Positions 1 through 10,827 are shown, counted from the stretch's first letter. The stretch is 64,000 nucleotides of DNA from an uncultured delta proteobacterium (GCA_963842085.1 CAWJET010000002.1:832001-896000), one strand, 5' to 3'. Notes: generated by a model from the letters alone, not told the origin. Numbers and translations: made by a program.

Positions 1-491
1 TTGATCTTCGTCGTCGCCGACGCGCCCGCGCGCGTGTTGCCCATCGGATCGTGAATCGGCGGCCCGCTTTGTTCAACCTCGAGCACGACCGGCCTGGTCA
101 CGCCGTGAATCGTCAGGTCGCCGGTCACCTTCCACTGGTCCGGTCCGGCGGCTTCGACCTTGGTCGATTTGAACGTGATGGTCGGATACTTGGCGACATC
201 GAGAAAGTCGTGACTCTTCAGATGAGCGTCGCGCATCTCGACCCGCGTATCGACCGACGACGCGTCGATGATCGCGTCGATCTTTGCCGAGGCCGGATCG
301 TTGCCGCTGGCGGTAATCGTTCCCGAGGTCTTTTGGAATTGGCCTTTCACGTTCGAAATCATCATGTGGCGCACGGTGAACTCGACGTTGGTGTGCGCGG
401 GATCGATTTGCCAGGTATCGGCCTGCGCGAGCACCGGGAGCGCGACCACCATCGTAACCGTGATTGCTGTTTTGGAGAGCCAGGCCTTCAT
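1..491 (-). CDS. yceI: YceI family lipid/polyisoprenoid-binding periplasmic protein (3' end runs off the window)
   Basis: Not in the ORF track; read by hand on the - strand from ATG 491 (GGAG upstream): MKAWLSKTAITVTMVVALPVLAQADTWQIDPAHTNVEFTVRHMMISNVKGQF...RDAHLKSHDFLDVAKYPTITFKST...GDLTIHGVTRPV, which are YceI signature segments. Confidence 0.92.
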   Translation of the reverse strand, partial: MKAWLSKTAITVTMVVALPVLAQADTWQIDPAHTNVEFTVRHMMISNVKGQFQKTSGTITASGNDPASAKIDAIIDASSVDTRVEMRDAHLKSHDFLDVAKYPTITFKSTKVEAAGPDQWKVTGDLTIHGVTRPVVLEVEQSGPPIHDPMGNTRAGASATTKI

Positions 492-569
492 AGGAGCTCC
501 TTGCGTTGAACGCGAATCAATATAGCTGCGGTATTGAACACGCAGAGTGGGCGTCTGGCAAGCATGAAA

Positions 570-1868
570 TTACGAAGCGACCGCGTGCATCCCGACCGAC
601 TTGAGGCGCGTGAGCAGCACGATTCCGCTGAGCAGCGTGATCGCGCCGCATAAAACTACCGTTTGCATCGGGCCCAGGTGCGTGCCCATGTAGCCGACCT
701 CGAGCGCGCCGAGCGGGGTCATCCCGACGGCTGCGAGCTGATAGGTGCTCATTACGCGACCGCGCAGATCGTCGCTGACGAACAGTTGCACGAGGGTGTT
801 GTTGCTCGCTCTGAAGTTGGTCAGTCCGGTGCCGATCACAAATTGCGCGGCCAGCGAAAGCGCTATCGAGCGCGATAGTCCGAAGACCAGGATTCCAGCC
901 GCGGAAAGAAAAAGCCCCGCGATGAGATTGTTCCTGATTCCCCGTGTCGTCACGCGCGAGGCCAGCGTCGCCGCGCCGACCACCGAACCCAGGCCCTGGA
1001 TCGCGACCAGGAATCCGTAAGTGCGGGCACCGCCGTGCAGCACGTTTTTGGCGAACAGCGGAACCAGCACCAGGTACTGGTAGCCGAAGCCGTTGGTCAC
1101 TGCTGCCAACGCCATCTGGTAGAAGATCGGGCGGTTGCGCCAGACGTAGGCAAGACCTTCGCGCGCCTGATGGTACATGCGCATCCCCACGCCGCTTATC
1201 ACGCGGGCCGGGATGTCCATCTGGACCAGGCTCCAGATCACGGCGAGGAAACTCACGCCGTTGATGAAAAAACATGTGCCGATGCCGAGCCACGCGATCA
1301 GCAATCCCGCGGCTGCCGGACCCAGCATGCGCGCGCTGTTGAACATCATCGAGTTGAGCGCGATCGCGTTGGCGAGATCTTCGTAGCCCACCATCTCGAC
1401 CACGAACGACTGGCGTCCGGGCATGTCAAACGAGCCGACGGTGCCGTTGAATGCGGCGAGCAGGATCACGTGCTCGACGCGCACCGTGCCAGTCCAGGTC
1501 AGCACCGCGAGCGTGAAGGCGCTCAGCATCAGCAGGATTTGCGTCGCGATTATCAGGCGGCGGCGATCGACGCGGTCCACCATCACGCCGGCGAACAAGC
1601 CGACCAGCAGGATTGGAGTGAATTGCGCGAACGATACTACCCCGAGCATCGTCGCCGAGTTCGTCAGCTTCAGCACCAGCCACGCCTGCGCAGCGCTCTG
1701 CATCCAGGTGCCGGCCAGGGAGATGAGCTGGCCGAAGAAATACAGCCGATAGTTGCGATGGCGCAGCGCGCGAAACGCCCCGCGGCTCTCGCTCGAAACC
1801 TCGCCCGGCGATTGAAGCTGAACGCTCCGGCTATTCTTTGCCTCGGGCGCGACGTCGCTATCAGCCAC
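570..1868 (-). CDS. MFS transporter (MFS_3/DHA3-like)
   Basis: About 12 hydrophobic segments; FRALRHRNYRLYFFGQLISLAGTWMQ and GVMVDRVDRRR (motif A). Probable GTG start at 1868 overlapping the upstream stop. Confidence 0.9.
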   Translation of the reverse strand: MADSDVAPEAKNSRSVQLQSPGEVSSESRGAFRALRHRNYRLYFFGQLISLAGTWMQSAAQAWLVLKLTNSATMLGVVSFAQFTPILLVGLFAGVMVDRVDRRRLIIATQILLMLSAFTLAVLTWTGTVRVEHVILLAAFNGTVGSFDMPGRQSFVVEMVGYEDLANAIALNSMMFNSARMLGPAAAGLLIAWLGIGTCFFINGVSFLAVIWSLVQMDIPARVISGVGMRMYHQAREGLAYVWRNRPIFYQMALAAVTNGFGYQYLVLVPLFAKNVLHGGARTYGFLVAIQGLGSVVGAATLASRVTTRGIRNNLIAGLFLSAAGILVFGLSRSIALSLAAQFVIGTGLTNFRASNNTLVQLFVSDDLRGRVMSTYQLAAVGMTPLGALEVGYMGTHLGPMQTVVLCGAITLLSGIVLLTRLKSVGMHAVAS

Positions 1869-2616
1869 GGCGCGCCGATTTGTTGGTGAAGGCCGCGAGC
1901 CGCTCGCGCATGTCGGGACCGACGCCGGGGCTTCGGTACACCTCATGCGCCAGGCCGGCGGCCAGCGGCAAGCCGTCGGTCTCGATCAACAGACGCTTGT
2001 TGGCGCGATGACTGAACCATGAATTGGCAAGGATCGTGTCGGCCATCGCGCGAAGTTCCCGGTCGAACGAATCGTCGGGCACGCAGAGGTTGGCCAGGCC
2101 CATCGCGGCGGCCTCGGCACCGGAGTAAGTCCGGCAGGTCAGCATCATCTCGCGCGCCTTGGACGGTCCGACGCGTCGCGGCAAACGCTGGCTCATCCCC
2201 CACATTGGAGTCAGCGCCCATCGCGCATGAGTGTCGGCGAATTTCGCGGACTCCGCCGCGACGATCAGATCTGCTGCCAGCGCCAGTTCGAGCGCGCCGG
2301 TGTAGCAATGCCCATGCACGGCGGAAATGACGGGCTGCGGAAGATCCGCGAGCCGCTCGATCGTCTCGGACTGAAAGTTCGGTTTCGGCGGGCGCTCGCC
2401 CTTCGCGATGTCCGCGAGATCGTGCCCCGCGGAGAAGCACTTGCCCGCACCGCGCACGACGACAAGGCCGACGCGCTCGGTTTCGCGCGCAATCTGGTCA
2501 ACGTGCGCCCGCAATTCGACGAACATCCCGACATTGAGCGAGTTGAGTTTCTCGGGGCGATTCAGCGTCAGCGTGGCGAGACCATCCCGGTCTTCGCGAA
2601 GCACTAATCCAGCCAT
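1861..2616 (-). CDS. Enoyl-CoA hydratase/isomerase family protein
   Basis: LTLNRPEKLNSL, FSAGHDL and AVHGHCYTGALELALAAD crotonase motifs; GGAGG RBS. Confidence 0.92.
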   Translation of the reverse strand: MAGLVLREDRDGLATLTLNRPEKLNSLNVGMFVELRAHVDQIARETERVGLVVVRGAGKCFSAGHDLADIAKGERPPKPNFQSETIERLADLPQPVISAVHGHCYTGALELALAADLIVAAESAKFADTHARWALTPMWGMSQRLPRRVGPSKAREMMLTCRTYSGAEAAAMGLANLCVPDDSFDRELRAMADTILANSWFSHRANKRLLIETDGLPLAAGLAHEVYRSPGVGPDMRERLAAFTNKSARRG

Positions 2617-2804
2617 GTTGTCCTCCGATCGACGATCGCAGACTAACCAGCAAGGTGCAGGTTCGCAAATAAGCGAGTCCGAAATTCGCGCGCCGCGTTT
2701 GACGAAGCCCTGCGCTGGTGCTGATCTTCGGCAAGCAGATCGGCGCGCGGTCGATCACGCGTTCCCGACGACGACCGCGCTTCCGATCCTCGAGGAGGCC
2801 GCTA

Positions 2805-4310
2805 ATGGGAGCACGCACGGGGAAAGAGTTTCTGGCCGGACTGTCGAAGCCACGCGAAGTCTGGGTCGGCGACGACAAGGTGACCGACATCGTGTCGCAT
2901 CCCGCTTTCGCCGGGGCAGCGCAAACTCTGGCGCAGATTTTCGACCTGCAGCATCAAGCGCGCGACGTCTGCCTGATGCCGGATCCTGAGACTGGCGAGC
3001 CGATCAACCTGAGTCACATGATTCCGCGCTCGCTCGCCGACCTCGAACGGCGCCACGCATGCCTCCAAACAATCGCGGAGTTCACCGTCGGCCTGATGGG
3101 CCGCACGCCCGACTATATGAACGTCACCTTCGCCGGCTTTGCCGGACGCGCCGCGGAGTGGGCCGTCAACGGCAACGAGCGCGGCGCGGCGAACCTGGTC
3201 GCGTATCAGAAGTTCCTCGCGCGCAACGACATCTCGCTGACGCACACGATCATTCATCCCACCATCGACAAGTCCAAAGGCGACGTTCCTGAGCCTGGCA
3301 ACGACGTCGCGCTGCACAAGGTCGCGGACACTGCGCACGGGATCGTTGTACGCGGCGCGAGGATCCTCGCGACGCTGGCGCCCTTCGCCGACGAAATCGC
3401 GGTTTACCCCGCCGTGCCTTTATCCGAAGGCACCGAAGCGTACGCGCTGTCATTTTGCATTCCGATGGACACGCCGGGGCTGAAGTTCCTGTGCCGCGAC
3501 AGTTGCTCGACTCCCCCCAATCGCTTCGATCATCCGCTGTCGAGCCGCTTCGACGAGCAGGACGCGTTCGTGATTTTCGACGATGTCGAGGTCCCACGCG
3601 ATCGCGTCTTCATCAACGCCAATCGCGACGCCTACAACACCGTGATGATGACCGGCTGGTATCCGAACATCATGCAGCAGACGATGATTCGGGCGCAGAC
3701 CAAGCTCGAGTTCGCCTACGGGCTCGCGACCCGGATGGCGGAAGCGATCAACGATTTTTCGCCGGCGACCAGGCAGATGCTCGGCGAAATCTGGACCTAC
3801 GCGGAGTTCGCGCGCGCCGCGATCCGCAGCGCGGAGGTCGAGGCCTTCGATTACGGCAACGGCGTGTGGTTCCCCAACGGCAGTCCGATGGCAGCATTGC
3901 GCGCCGCGCTGCCGACCTGGTTCCCGCGCGTCGGCGAGATCATCACACTGATCGGCTCGCACAATCTGCTCGCCGCGCCCACGCATGCACAGCTCGACGA
4001 CCCCAAGCTCCGCCCTCTCATCGACAGGTATCTGCGCGGCGCCGGCCAGATGGGATCTGAGGAGCGCGCGCGAATCTTCCGGCTGGCGTGGGACTTCGTC
4101 GGCAGCGCCCTTGCCAGTCGCAACGAATTGTACGAGCGCTTCTACCTGGCGTCGGGCGCGCGAAATTATCAGCTGGCAAATGCGCTCGCGCCAAAGGAAC
4201 GGGCGCGGCGGCTCGTCGACGGTATTCTCGGCGAGCGTCCGGTTGCGGCCGACGTTCAAGCGAGCCCGCCAAAACGGAAAATCAATCTCACCATGGAGAC
4301 TCTCAGATGA
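2805..4310 (+). CDS. hpaB: 4-hydroxyphenylacetate 3-hydroxylase family (group D flavin monooxygenase, oxygenase component)
   Basis: MGARTGKEFLAGL, GRTPDYMN, HPLSSRFDEQDA, RNELYERFY; GAGGAGG RBS before ATG 2805. Symbol is family-level only. Confidence 0.88.
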   Translation: MGARTGKEFLAGLSKPREVWVGDDKVTDIVSHPAFAGAAQTLAQIFDLQHQARDVCLMPDPETGEPINLSHMIPRSLADLERRHACLQTIAEFTVGLMGRTPDYMNVTFAGFAGRAAEWAVNGNERGAANLVAYQKFLARNDISLTHTIIHPTIDKSKGDVPEPGNDVALHKVADTAHGIVVRGARILATLAPFADEIAVYPAVPLSEGTEAYALSFCIPMDTPGLKFLCRDSCSTPPNRFDHPLSSRFDEQDAFVIFDDVEVPRDRVFINANRDAYNTVMMTGWYPNIMQQTMIRAQTKLEFAYGLATRMAEAINDFSPATRQMLGEIWTYAEFARAAIRSAEVEAFDYGNGVWFPNGSPMAALRAALPTWFPRVGEIITLIGSHNLLAAPTHAQLDDPKLRPLIDRYLRGAGQMGSEERARIFRLAWDFVGSALASRNELYERFYLASGARNYQLANALAPKERARRLVDGILGERPVAADVQASPPKRKINLTMETLR

Positions 4311-5759
4311 GCACCGCGAAAATCGCCGGCGTTGACGTATCGACCGGGCACTTCATCGGCGGCAGGCGGGTCGGGTCAAAGCAAACTTTCGAGGTCCATT
4401 CACCGATCGACGGAAAACATCTCGCCGACGTAAGCGCCGGCGGCGCAGCGGAAATCGATGCGGCGGTGGCCGCCGCGCGGCGCGCATTTCCAAAGTGGGC
4501 CGGGCTCGGACCCGACGGACGCCATCGCGTCTTGAAGCGCTTCGCACAAGTGATCCGCGATCATGCCAAAGAACTCGCGGCGGTCGAGACTGCCGACAAC
4601 GGCTCGTTGTTGATGGGCAATCTCGCGCGCGTGATTCCGCGCGCAGCCCACAACATCGAGTTCTTCGCGGACCGGGCGCTGAAGCTAGGCCACGAGCAAA
4701 TCGATTCGCCCGAGGTGATCAATCACGTACTCTACGATCCGGCCGGCGTCGCGGCACTCATCACGCCGTGGAACGCGCCGTTCATGCTGACGACGTGGAA
4801 GGTCGGGCCGGCTCTGGCGGCGGGCGACACCGTCGTCGTCAAACCGCCCGAATGGGCGCCACTCACTTGCTCGATGATGGCGGATCTCGCCGACGAGGCC
4901 GGCATCCCCACGGGCGTCCTCAACGTCGTGCAGGGTATCGGCGAAGAAGCGGGCGCGGCGCTCGCGGCCCATCCCGATATAGACAGGCTGAGCTTCACCG
5001 GCTCGACCGACACTGCCAAGCTGATCGGGCAGTCTACCGCGCGCTCGCTGACTCCCGTCAGCTTCGAGCTCGGCGGCAAGTCTCCCTACATCGTATGCGC
5101 CGACGCCGACCTCGACGCGGCCGCGCAGACCGCCGCGGGACAGTACATCAACGCGGGTCAGGTTTGCCTGGCGGGTACGCGCCTGCTCGTTGACGCCTCA
5201 GTCGCCGACGATTTTCAGGGCCGGTTTCGCGGCGGCCGCACACATGACGGTTGGCGATCCGCGCGAGAAAAGCACGCGCGTCGGTCCACTCATCACGCCC
5301 GAACACTTCCGTCGCGTCGAAGGCTTCGTCGATCGCGCGCTCAAGTCCGGGGTCAAACGGCTTTGGGGAGGCAAGCGTCACAGCGCCGGCGAGCTGTACT
5401 TCGAACCCACTTTGCTCGAAGGCGTGCGGCAGGACATGGAGATAGTGCAGCGCGAAGTCTTTGGCCCCGTGCTGACGTGGCAAACGTTTCGCGACGAGGA
5501 CGAGCTGCTCGAACTCGCCAACGGAACCCATTATGGTCTCGCCGCGATGGTCTTCAGCAGGAATGAGGAACGCGCGATGCGGATCGCCGACCGCGTCACC
5601 GCCGGCACGGTGTGGGTAAACTGCTTCTTTGTTCGCGAGCTGGCCGCCCCATTCGGCGGCAGCCGCGATTCCGGCATCGGACGCGAAGGCGGCAACTGGA
5701 GCTTCGACTTCTACTGCGACGTCAAGAACATCGCAGCATTGAAAGGATCGTTTGCCTGA
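4307..5759 (+). pseudogene. Aldehyde dehydrogenase, HpaE/2-hydroxymuconic semialdehyde dehydrogenase-like, with a frameshift near 5225
   Basis: N-part (PWNAPF, FTGS, ELGGKSP, GQVCLAG) is in the 4088..5566 frame; C-part (EVFGPV, PFGGSRDSGIGREGG) is in the 5190..5759 frame. ATGA overlap with hpaB. May be an assembly indel. Confidence 0.85.
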
Positions 5760-5795
5760 GCGGGCGACCACAACTGAGTTATCGGAGAATAGCCA

Positions 5796-6647
5796 ATGAG
5801 TGTACTTGACGGACCGAGGGAAGAATGGCGGCGAGTCCTTCACGAAGGACAGCCTAAGTGGGTGCGTCCGGATGGCGATCGTCTTGTGCTTGGCGACGGC
5901 CGGCGTATCGCCGATGCGGAGGCGACCTACCTGCCGCCGTGCGACCCGACTAAAATCCTATGCATTCATTTGAACTACGATTCGCGCCGAGTCGAGTTCA
6001 AAGCGCCGATGCTCGAGACGCCAACCTACTTTCAGAAGCCCGTAACCGCCTTGAACTCTCACCGCGGCGTGCTATGCCGCCCGGCCGGACACAAGTACCT
6101 CAACTATGAAGGCGAAGTAGGCGTGATCATCGGCAAGCCCGCGCGCAATGTCAGTCGCGAAGAGGCCTGGGACTATATCGCCGGGTTCGCGCCCGCGAAT
6201 GACGTCGGATGCCAGGACTATCGCGACACCGATGCCGGCTCGATGCTGCGGGTAAAAGGTCAGGACGGCTTCTGCCCTATAGGTCCCGGAATAGTCAGTG
6301 GAGTTGATATTCGCAAATCGACTTTGCGCACCTACATCAACGGCAAGATGGTCCAGGAGGGAGCAATCTCGGAAATGCTATTTCCAATTGACTATATACT
6401 CGCCGACCTGTCCCGGTTCATCACTCTGCTTCCCGGCGACATCATACTATCCGGCACGCCGAAGAACTCCCGCCCGATGAACGTCGGTGACCTGGTCGAA
6501 GTCGAGGTGAGCGGTCTCGGGCGTCTGTCAAATAAGGTTGTAGAAACCCCTGCGCCCGTGCATAAAGTTGGTCATCAGCCGACCGACACAGATTCGGTAC
6601 GGCGTGTCGCACTCGGTTCCGACTGGGTTCGCAGCGACGCTCGATAA
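5796..6647 (+). CDS. Fumarylacetoacetate hydrolase family protein (HpaG-like)
   Basis: KILCIHLNY, YEGEVGVIIG, NDV, KGQDGFCPIGP, LLPGDIILSGTP. Confidence 0.9.
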   Translation: MSVLDGPREEWRRVLHEGQPKWVRPDGDRLVLGDGRRIADAEATYLPPCDPTKILCIHLNYDSRRVEFKAPMLETPTYFQKPVTALNSHRGVLCRPAGHKYLNYEGEVGVIIGKPARNVSREEAWDYIAGFAPANDVGCQDYRDTDAGSMLRVKGQDGFCPIGPGIVSGVDIRKSTLRTYINGKMVQEGAISEMLFPIDYILADLSRFITLLPGDIILSGTPKNSRPMNVGDLVEVEVSGLGRLSNKVVETPAPVHKVGHQPTDTDSVRRVALGSDWVRSDAR

Positions 6648-6663
6648 ATGCTCGGAGGAAAAT

Positions 6664-7560
6664 ATGATCCAGGTAACAGAGTTGGGCTACATGGGTGTCG
6701 GGGTGAAGGATCTCGACGCGTGGAAGAATTTCGCGACCAGCATAGTCGGCTTCGAACTCGCCGAAGAAGGCGAGCCCGATCGATGCTACCTGCGAATGGA
6801 CTACCTGCATCATCGGCTCGTCCTGCATGCCGACGGCAGCGACGACCTTGCCTACCTGGGCTTCCGCGTCGCCGGCGCCGACGAATTCGCACAAATGCAG
6901 CGACAGCTATCGGAAGCGGGGATAAAGTTTCGCGTCGGTTCCGAGGACGAAGCTGACGAGCGTCGAGTGCTCGAAGTTCTCAAGCTCAACGACCCCGACG
7001 GCAATCCGATCGAAATCTTCCACGGCCCGATGACGCAGTTCAGCAAGCCGTTCCATCCCGGCCGCGCGATGCACGGGCGATTCAAGACCGGCGCCGGTGG
7101 ATTGGGACATTGCATCATTCGCGAGCGCGACGTCGATGCGGCCCAGCGGTTCTATGCTCAGCTCGGAATGCGCGGTGGCGTCGAGTACAAGTTCGGCGGC
7201 GGCAAGCGCGCCGTCGCCCTCGTCTTCATGCATTGCAACGAACGCGACCACACCGTTGCCTTCGGAATCCCGGGAGCCGATCGCCGACTCAACCACATCA
7301 TGCTCGAGGTGGACAACCTCGACGACGTAGGCATGACCTATGACCTGGTTCGCAAGAACAACATCCCGGTCACGATCACGCCCGGCAAGCACTCAAACGA
7401 TCACATGTACTCATTTTATTTCCGCAATCCGTCGGGATGGATGTTCGAATATGGATGGGGCGCACGGCCGGCCACCTATCAGTCCGAATACTTTGTCGAA
7501 GACGTTTACGGGCATCGTCCTGAAGCGGGCGGCTTCGATCTGCCCGGTGAAAAGAAGTAG
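6664..7560 (+). CDS. Type I extradiol dioxygenase (VOC family, BphC/HsaC-like)
   Basis: ELGYMGVGV, YLRMDYLHHR, GLGH, HCNERDHT, HIMLEV, GKHSNDHMYSFYFRNPSGWMFEYG; GGAGG RBS. Confidence 0.9.
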   Translation: MIQVTELGYMGVGVKDLDAWKNFATSIVGFELAEEGEPDRCYLRMDYLHHRLVLHADGSDDLAYLGFRVAGADEFAQMQRQLSEAGIKFRVGSEDEADERRVLEVLKLNDPDGNPIEIFHGPMTQFSKPFHPGRAMHGRFKTGAGGLGHCIIRERDVDAAQRFYAQLGMRGGVEYKFGGGKRAVALVFMHCNERDHTVAFGIPGADRRLNHIMLEVDNLDDVGMTYDLVRKNNIPVTITPGKHSNDHMYSFYFRNPSGWMFEYGWGARPATYQSEYFVEDVYGHRPEAGGFDLPGEKK

Positions 7561-7625
7561 ATGAGCCGCGCTCCAACTCAAAACCTTGAATCGCCGGCGC
7601 AGACCGATTAACACCTGATGTAGCT

Positions 7626-8807
7626 ATGGAAAATCTTGAAAGCTTTCGCAAAGAAACGCGCGCATGGCTCGAAGCGAATTGCCCGCCCGAGATGCGACGC
7701 CCGACGCAGACCGAACAAGACACCTGCTGGGGCGGCAGGCATTGGAAATTTCAATCCGACGCGCAGCGACAGTGGCTCGAGCGCATGGCGAAAAAGGGCT
7801 GGACCGTGCCTGAATGGCCGCGCGAGTATGGCGGCGGCGGCCTCTCGCGCGACCAGGCCAAAATTCTGCGCCAGGAGATGCGCGCGCTCGGCTGCCGCTC
7901 GCCGCTGGACAGCTTCGGCATCTGGATGCTCGGACCTGCACTGCTCAAGTACGGCTCCGAAGAACAGAAACGCGAGCATCTGCCGAAGATTGCCCGCGGC
8001 GAGATTCGATGGTGCCAGGGCTACTCCGAACCCGGCTCCGGTTCCGACCTCGCATCGCTGCAAACCCGCGCCGAAGACAAGGGCGATCAGTTCCTCGTCA
8101 ACGGCTCGAAGATTTGGACCTCGTACGCGGACAAGGCGGATTGGATTTTCTGCCTGGTGCGCACGGATCCCAACGCGCCCAAGCACGAAGGAATCAGCTT
8201 CCTGCTGTTCGACATGGAAAGTCCAGGCGTCTCGACCAAGCCGATCACTTTGATCTCCGGCGCGTCGCCCTTCTGCCAGACTTTTTTTGACGACGTGCTC
8301 GTGCCGAAGGCGAACCTCGTCGGCAAGCTCAACAAGGGATGGGACATCGCGAAGTACCTGCTGACGCATGAGCGCGACATGATCGGCGGCATGGGCACCA
8401 CCTCCGAAAACCGTTCGCTCGGGCAGATTGCGACGGACACGGTTGGGACCGACAACGGGATTCTCGCAGACACCGTTCTGCGCGGACAGATCGCGGCGTT
8501 CGAGATCGACGCGCTCGCCTTCCGGCTCACGATGGATCGCGCGGGTGACATGGCCAAGGTCGGGCAGGCTCATCCGGCGGTGTCGTCGCTGCTGAAATAC
8601 TACGGCACCGAACTCAATAAGCGGCGGATGGAACTGGTGATGTCGGCCGGTGGCACTGACGCGCTGGAATGGGAAGGCGAACGCTCGCGCGAAGGCCGCA
8701 CCGCGCGCGCGTGGCTGCGTTCCAAAGCCAATTCGATCGAAGGCGGGACCAGCGAGATTCAGCTCAACATCATCGCCAAACGCATACTGGGCCTGCCCGG
8801 TGCGTAG
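7626..8807 (+). CDS. Acyl-CoA dehydrogenase (PimC-like large subunit)
   Basis: WPREYGGGG, WCQGYSEPGSGSDLASL, NGSKIWTS, SIEGGTSEIQLNII. Confidence 0.92.
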   Translation: MENLESFRKETRAWLEANCPPEMRRPTQTEQDTCWGGRHWKFQSDAQRQWLERMAKKGWTVPEWPREYGGGGLSRDQAKILRQEMRALGCRSPLDSFGIWMLGPALLKYGSEEQKREHLPKIARGEIRWCQGYSEPGSGSDLASLQTRAEDKGDQFLVNGSKIWTSYADKADWIFCLVRTDPNAPKHEGISFLLFDMESPGVSTKPITLISGASPFCQTFFDDVLVPKANLVGKLNKGWDIAKYLLTHERDMIGGMGTTSENRSLGQIATDTVGTDNGILADTVLRGQIAAFEIDALAFRLTMDRAGDMAKVGQAHPAVSSLLKYYGTELNKRRMELVMSAGGTDALEWEGERSREGRTARAWLRSKANSIEGGTSEIQLNIIAKRILGLPGA

Positions 8808-8813
8808 CCGAGC

Positions 8814-9953
8814 ATGGCGCTAGTTCTCAACGACGAACAAACGATGCTGCGCGACAATGCGCGCGGCTTCCTGGCCAAGAATGCGCCAATCGCCCATCTG
8901 CGCGCGCTGCGTGACAATCGCGACACCGACGGATTCTCACGCTCGCTCTGGAAAAACTTCGTCGAGATGGGGTGGGCGGGAATCCTCGTCCCCCAGGACT
9001 ACGGCGGCCTTGGCCTTGGCCATGTCGAGGCCAGCGTCGTGATGGAAGAATTGGGCCGCACGCTTACGCCCTCCCCTTTTCTCTCGACCGCGATTCTGGC
9101 CGCGACCGCGATTGCGCGAGCCGGCACTGACAAGCAGAAAGAAAAGCACCTGCCGCAAATTGTTGCCGGCGAATTGATCGCAACGCTGGCCGTTGACGAA
9201 ACCGCAAAGCATCATCCCGAAAGAACCGCGATGCCCGCCGCTCGCGCCGGTAATGGCTTCAAACTCAACGGCGCCAAGACGTTCGTACTCGATGGCCACG
9301 TCGCAAACCTTCTGATCGTGGTCGGTCGCACAGCGGGCAAAGCGGGCGATACAACTGGGCTGACACTGTTCCTGATCGACGCGAGTGCGCCCGGAGTTCG
9401 CATCGAGCGCACGCCAACCGTGGATTCACACAACGCTGCGCGGCTCACCTTCGAGGAGGTGAATGTCAGCGCCGACAACGTGCTCGGCAAGGCCGACGCG
9501 GGCTGGGAAATCCTCGCGGGCGTGCTGAACGTCGGCCGCGCCGCCCTGGCAGCCGAGATGGCCGGCGCCGGCGAGGAAGCGTTCAGCCGCACAGTCGCCT
9601 ACCTGAAAGAGCGCAAACAATTCGGCAAGGCGATCGGCGAATTTCAGGCGTTGCAACATCGCGCGGCTCACCTCTATTGCGAACTCGAGGTCACGCGCTC
9701 GGCCGTGCTGAAGGCGCTGCAGACGCTCGACGATTCCTTCGACCACGCCGGCGCGATCGTGTCCGTGGCCAAGGCTCGCGCCGGACTCAGCGCCACGCTC
9801 GCCGTGAATGAGGCCGTCCAGATGCATGGCGGTATCGGGATGACCGACGAGTTCGACATCGGCTTGTTCATGAAGCGGGTGCGCGTATGCCAGGAACTGT
9901 TCGGCGATTCGAACTTTCACGCCGATCGGTTGGCCCGGCTGAACCGCTACTGA
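8814..9953 (+). CDS. Acyl-CoA dehydrogenase (PimD-like partner subunit)
   Basis: ERKQFGKAIGEFQALQH and QMHGGIGMTDE; paired with the preceding ACAD. Confidence 0.92.
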   Translation: MALVLNDEQTMLRDNARGFLAKNAPIAHLRALRDNRDTDGFSRSLWKNFVEMGWAGILVPQDYGGLGLGHVEASVVMEELGRTLTPSPFLSTAILAATAIARAGTDKQKEKHLPQIVAGELIATLAVDETAKHHPERTAMPAARAGNGFKLNGAKTFVLDGHVANLLIVVGRTAGKAGDTTGLTLFLIDASAPGVRIERTPTVDSHNAARLTFEEVNVSADNVLGKADAGWEILAGVLNVGRAALAAEMAGAGEEAFSRTVAYLKERKQFGKAIGEFQALQHRAAHLYCELEVTRSAVLKALQTLDDSFDHAGAIVSVAKARAGLSATLAVNEAVQMHGGIGMTDEFDIGLFMKRVRVCQELFGDSNFHADRLARLNRY

Positions 9954-9999
9954 CGCCCGCGCGAAAATCCTACGCTCGTTTCGTGCAAGAGGTAGTCCG

Positions 10000-10827
10000 A
10001 TGAGCGATTCGCATCGAGATCGAGACTCCGTGACGGTAGCTATCGTCGGCGCGGGCGAGATGGGCGCCGCCGTAGGCCGCAGGCTGCGCGAAGCCGGTGC
10101 GCGCGTAGTGACCTCTCTTGCCGGCCGCAGCGCGGAGAGCGTCGCACGCGTTCGAAATGCAGGCCTCGAAGTCGTCGACGATGACGATTCACTCGTGCGC
10201 GACGCGAGCTTCGTGCTTTCGATCGTTCCGCCGGGCGTCGCCGTCGAGGTCGCCGAACGCCTTCGCGGTCCGCTCGGCCGAGCGCAAGCAATGCCGGTCT
10301 GTGTTGAATGCAACGCGATCTCTCCCGCGACTTGCCGGCGCATCCGCAACCTGCTCGGCACCACGACCTTCATCGACGCCGGCATTATCGGAGGCCCACC
10401 CGTCGCCGGGACTCAGGATCCGGCAAAGGGTCCGCGCTTCTATGCATCAGGGCCCGACGCTCGCCTGCTGATGCGACTGGCCGACTTCGGTCTCGATATC
10501 GCGATCCTCGACGGCCCGGTTGGCGATGCTTCAGGTTTGAAGCTCTGCTACGCGGGACTGACCAAGGGTTTCACCGCGCTGTGCGCAACGATGCTGGGTG
10601 CCGCGGAACGCGAGGACCTTGCCGACGCGCTCCGCGCCGAACTCGCGCGCAGTCAGCCCGGCTTCCTCGCACGTCTGGATCGCGCCGTTCCCGCAATGCG
10701 CCCGAAGGCGTACCGCTGGGTCGCTGAGATGCGACAGATCGCGGAGTTCGTCGGCGCTCCCGAAGACGGCGCGACGATATACGAAGGAACCGCCATCCTC
10801 TATCAACGAATCGCCAGGTCATCTTGA
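10000..10827 (+). CDS. NAD(P)-dependent oxidoreductase, 6-phosphogluconate dehydrogenase-like (DUF1932-type C-terminus)
   Basis: GAGEMG Rossmann motif, DAGIIGGPP, LKLCYAGLTKG, KAYRWVAEM. Confidence 0.85.
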   Translation: MSDSHRDRDSVTVAIVGAGEMGAAVGRRLREAGARVVTSLAGRSAESVARVRNAGLEVVDDDDSLVRDASFVLSIVPPGVAVEVAERLRGPLGRAQAMPVCVECNAISPATCRRIRNLLGTTTFIDAGIIGGPPVAGTQDPAKGPRFYASGPDARLLMRLADFGLDIAILDGPVGDASGLKLCYAGLTKGFTALCATMLGAAEREDLADALRAELARSQPGFLARLDRAVPAMRPKAYRWVAEMRQIAEFVGAPEDGATIYEGTAILYQRIARSS

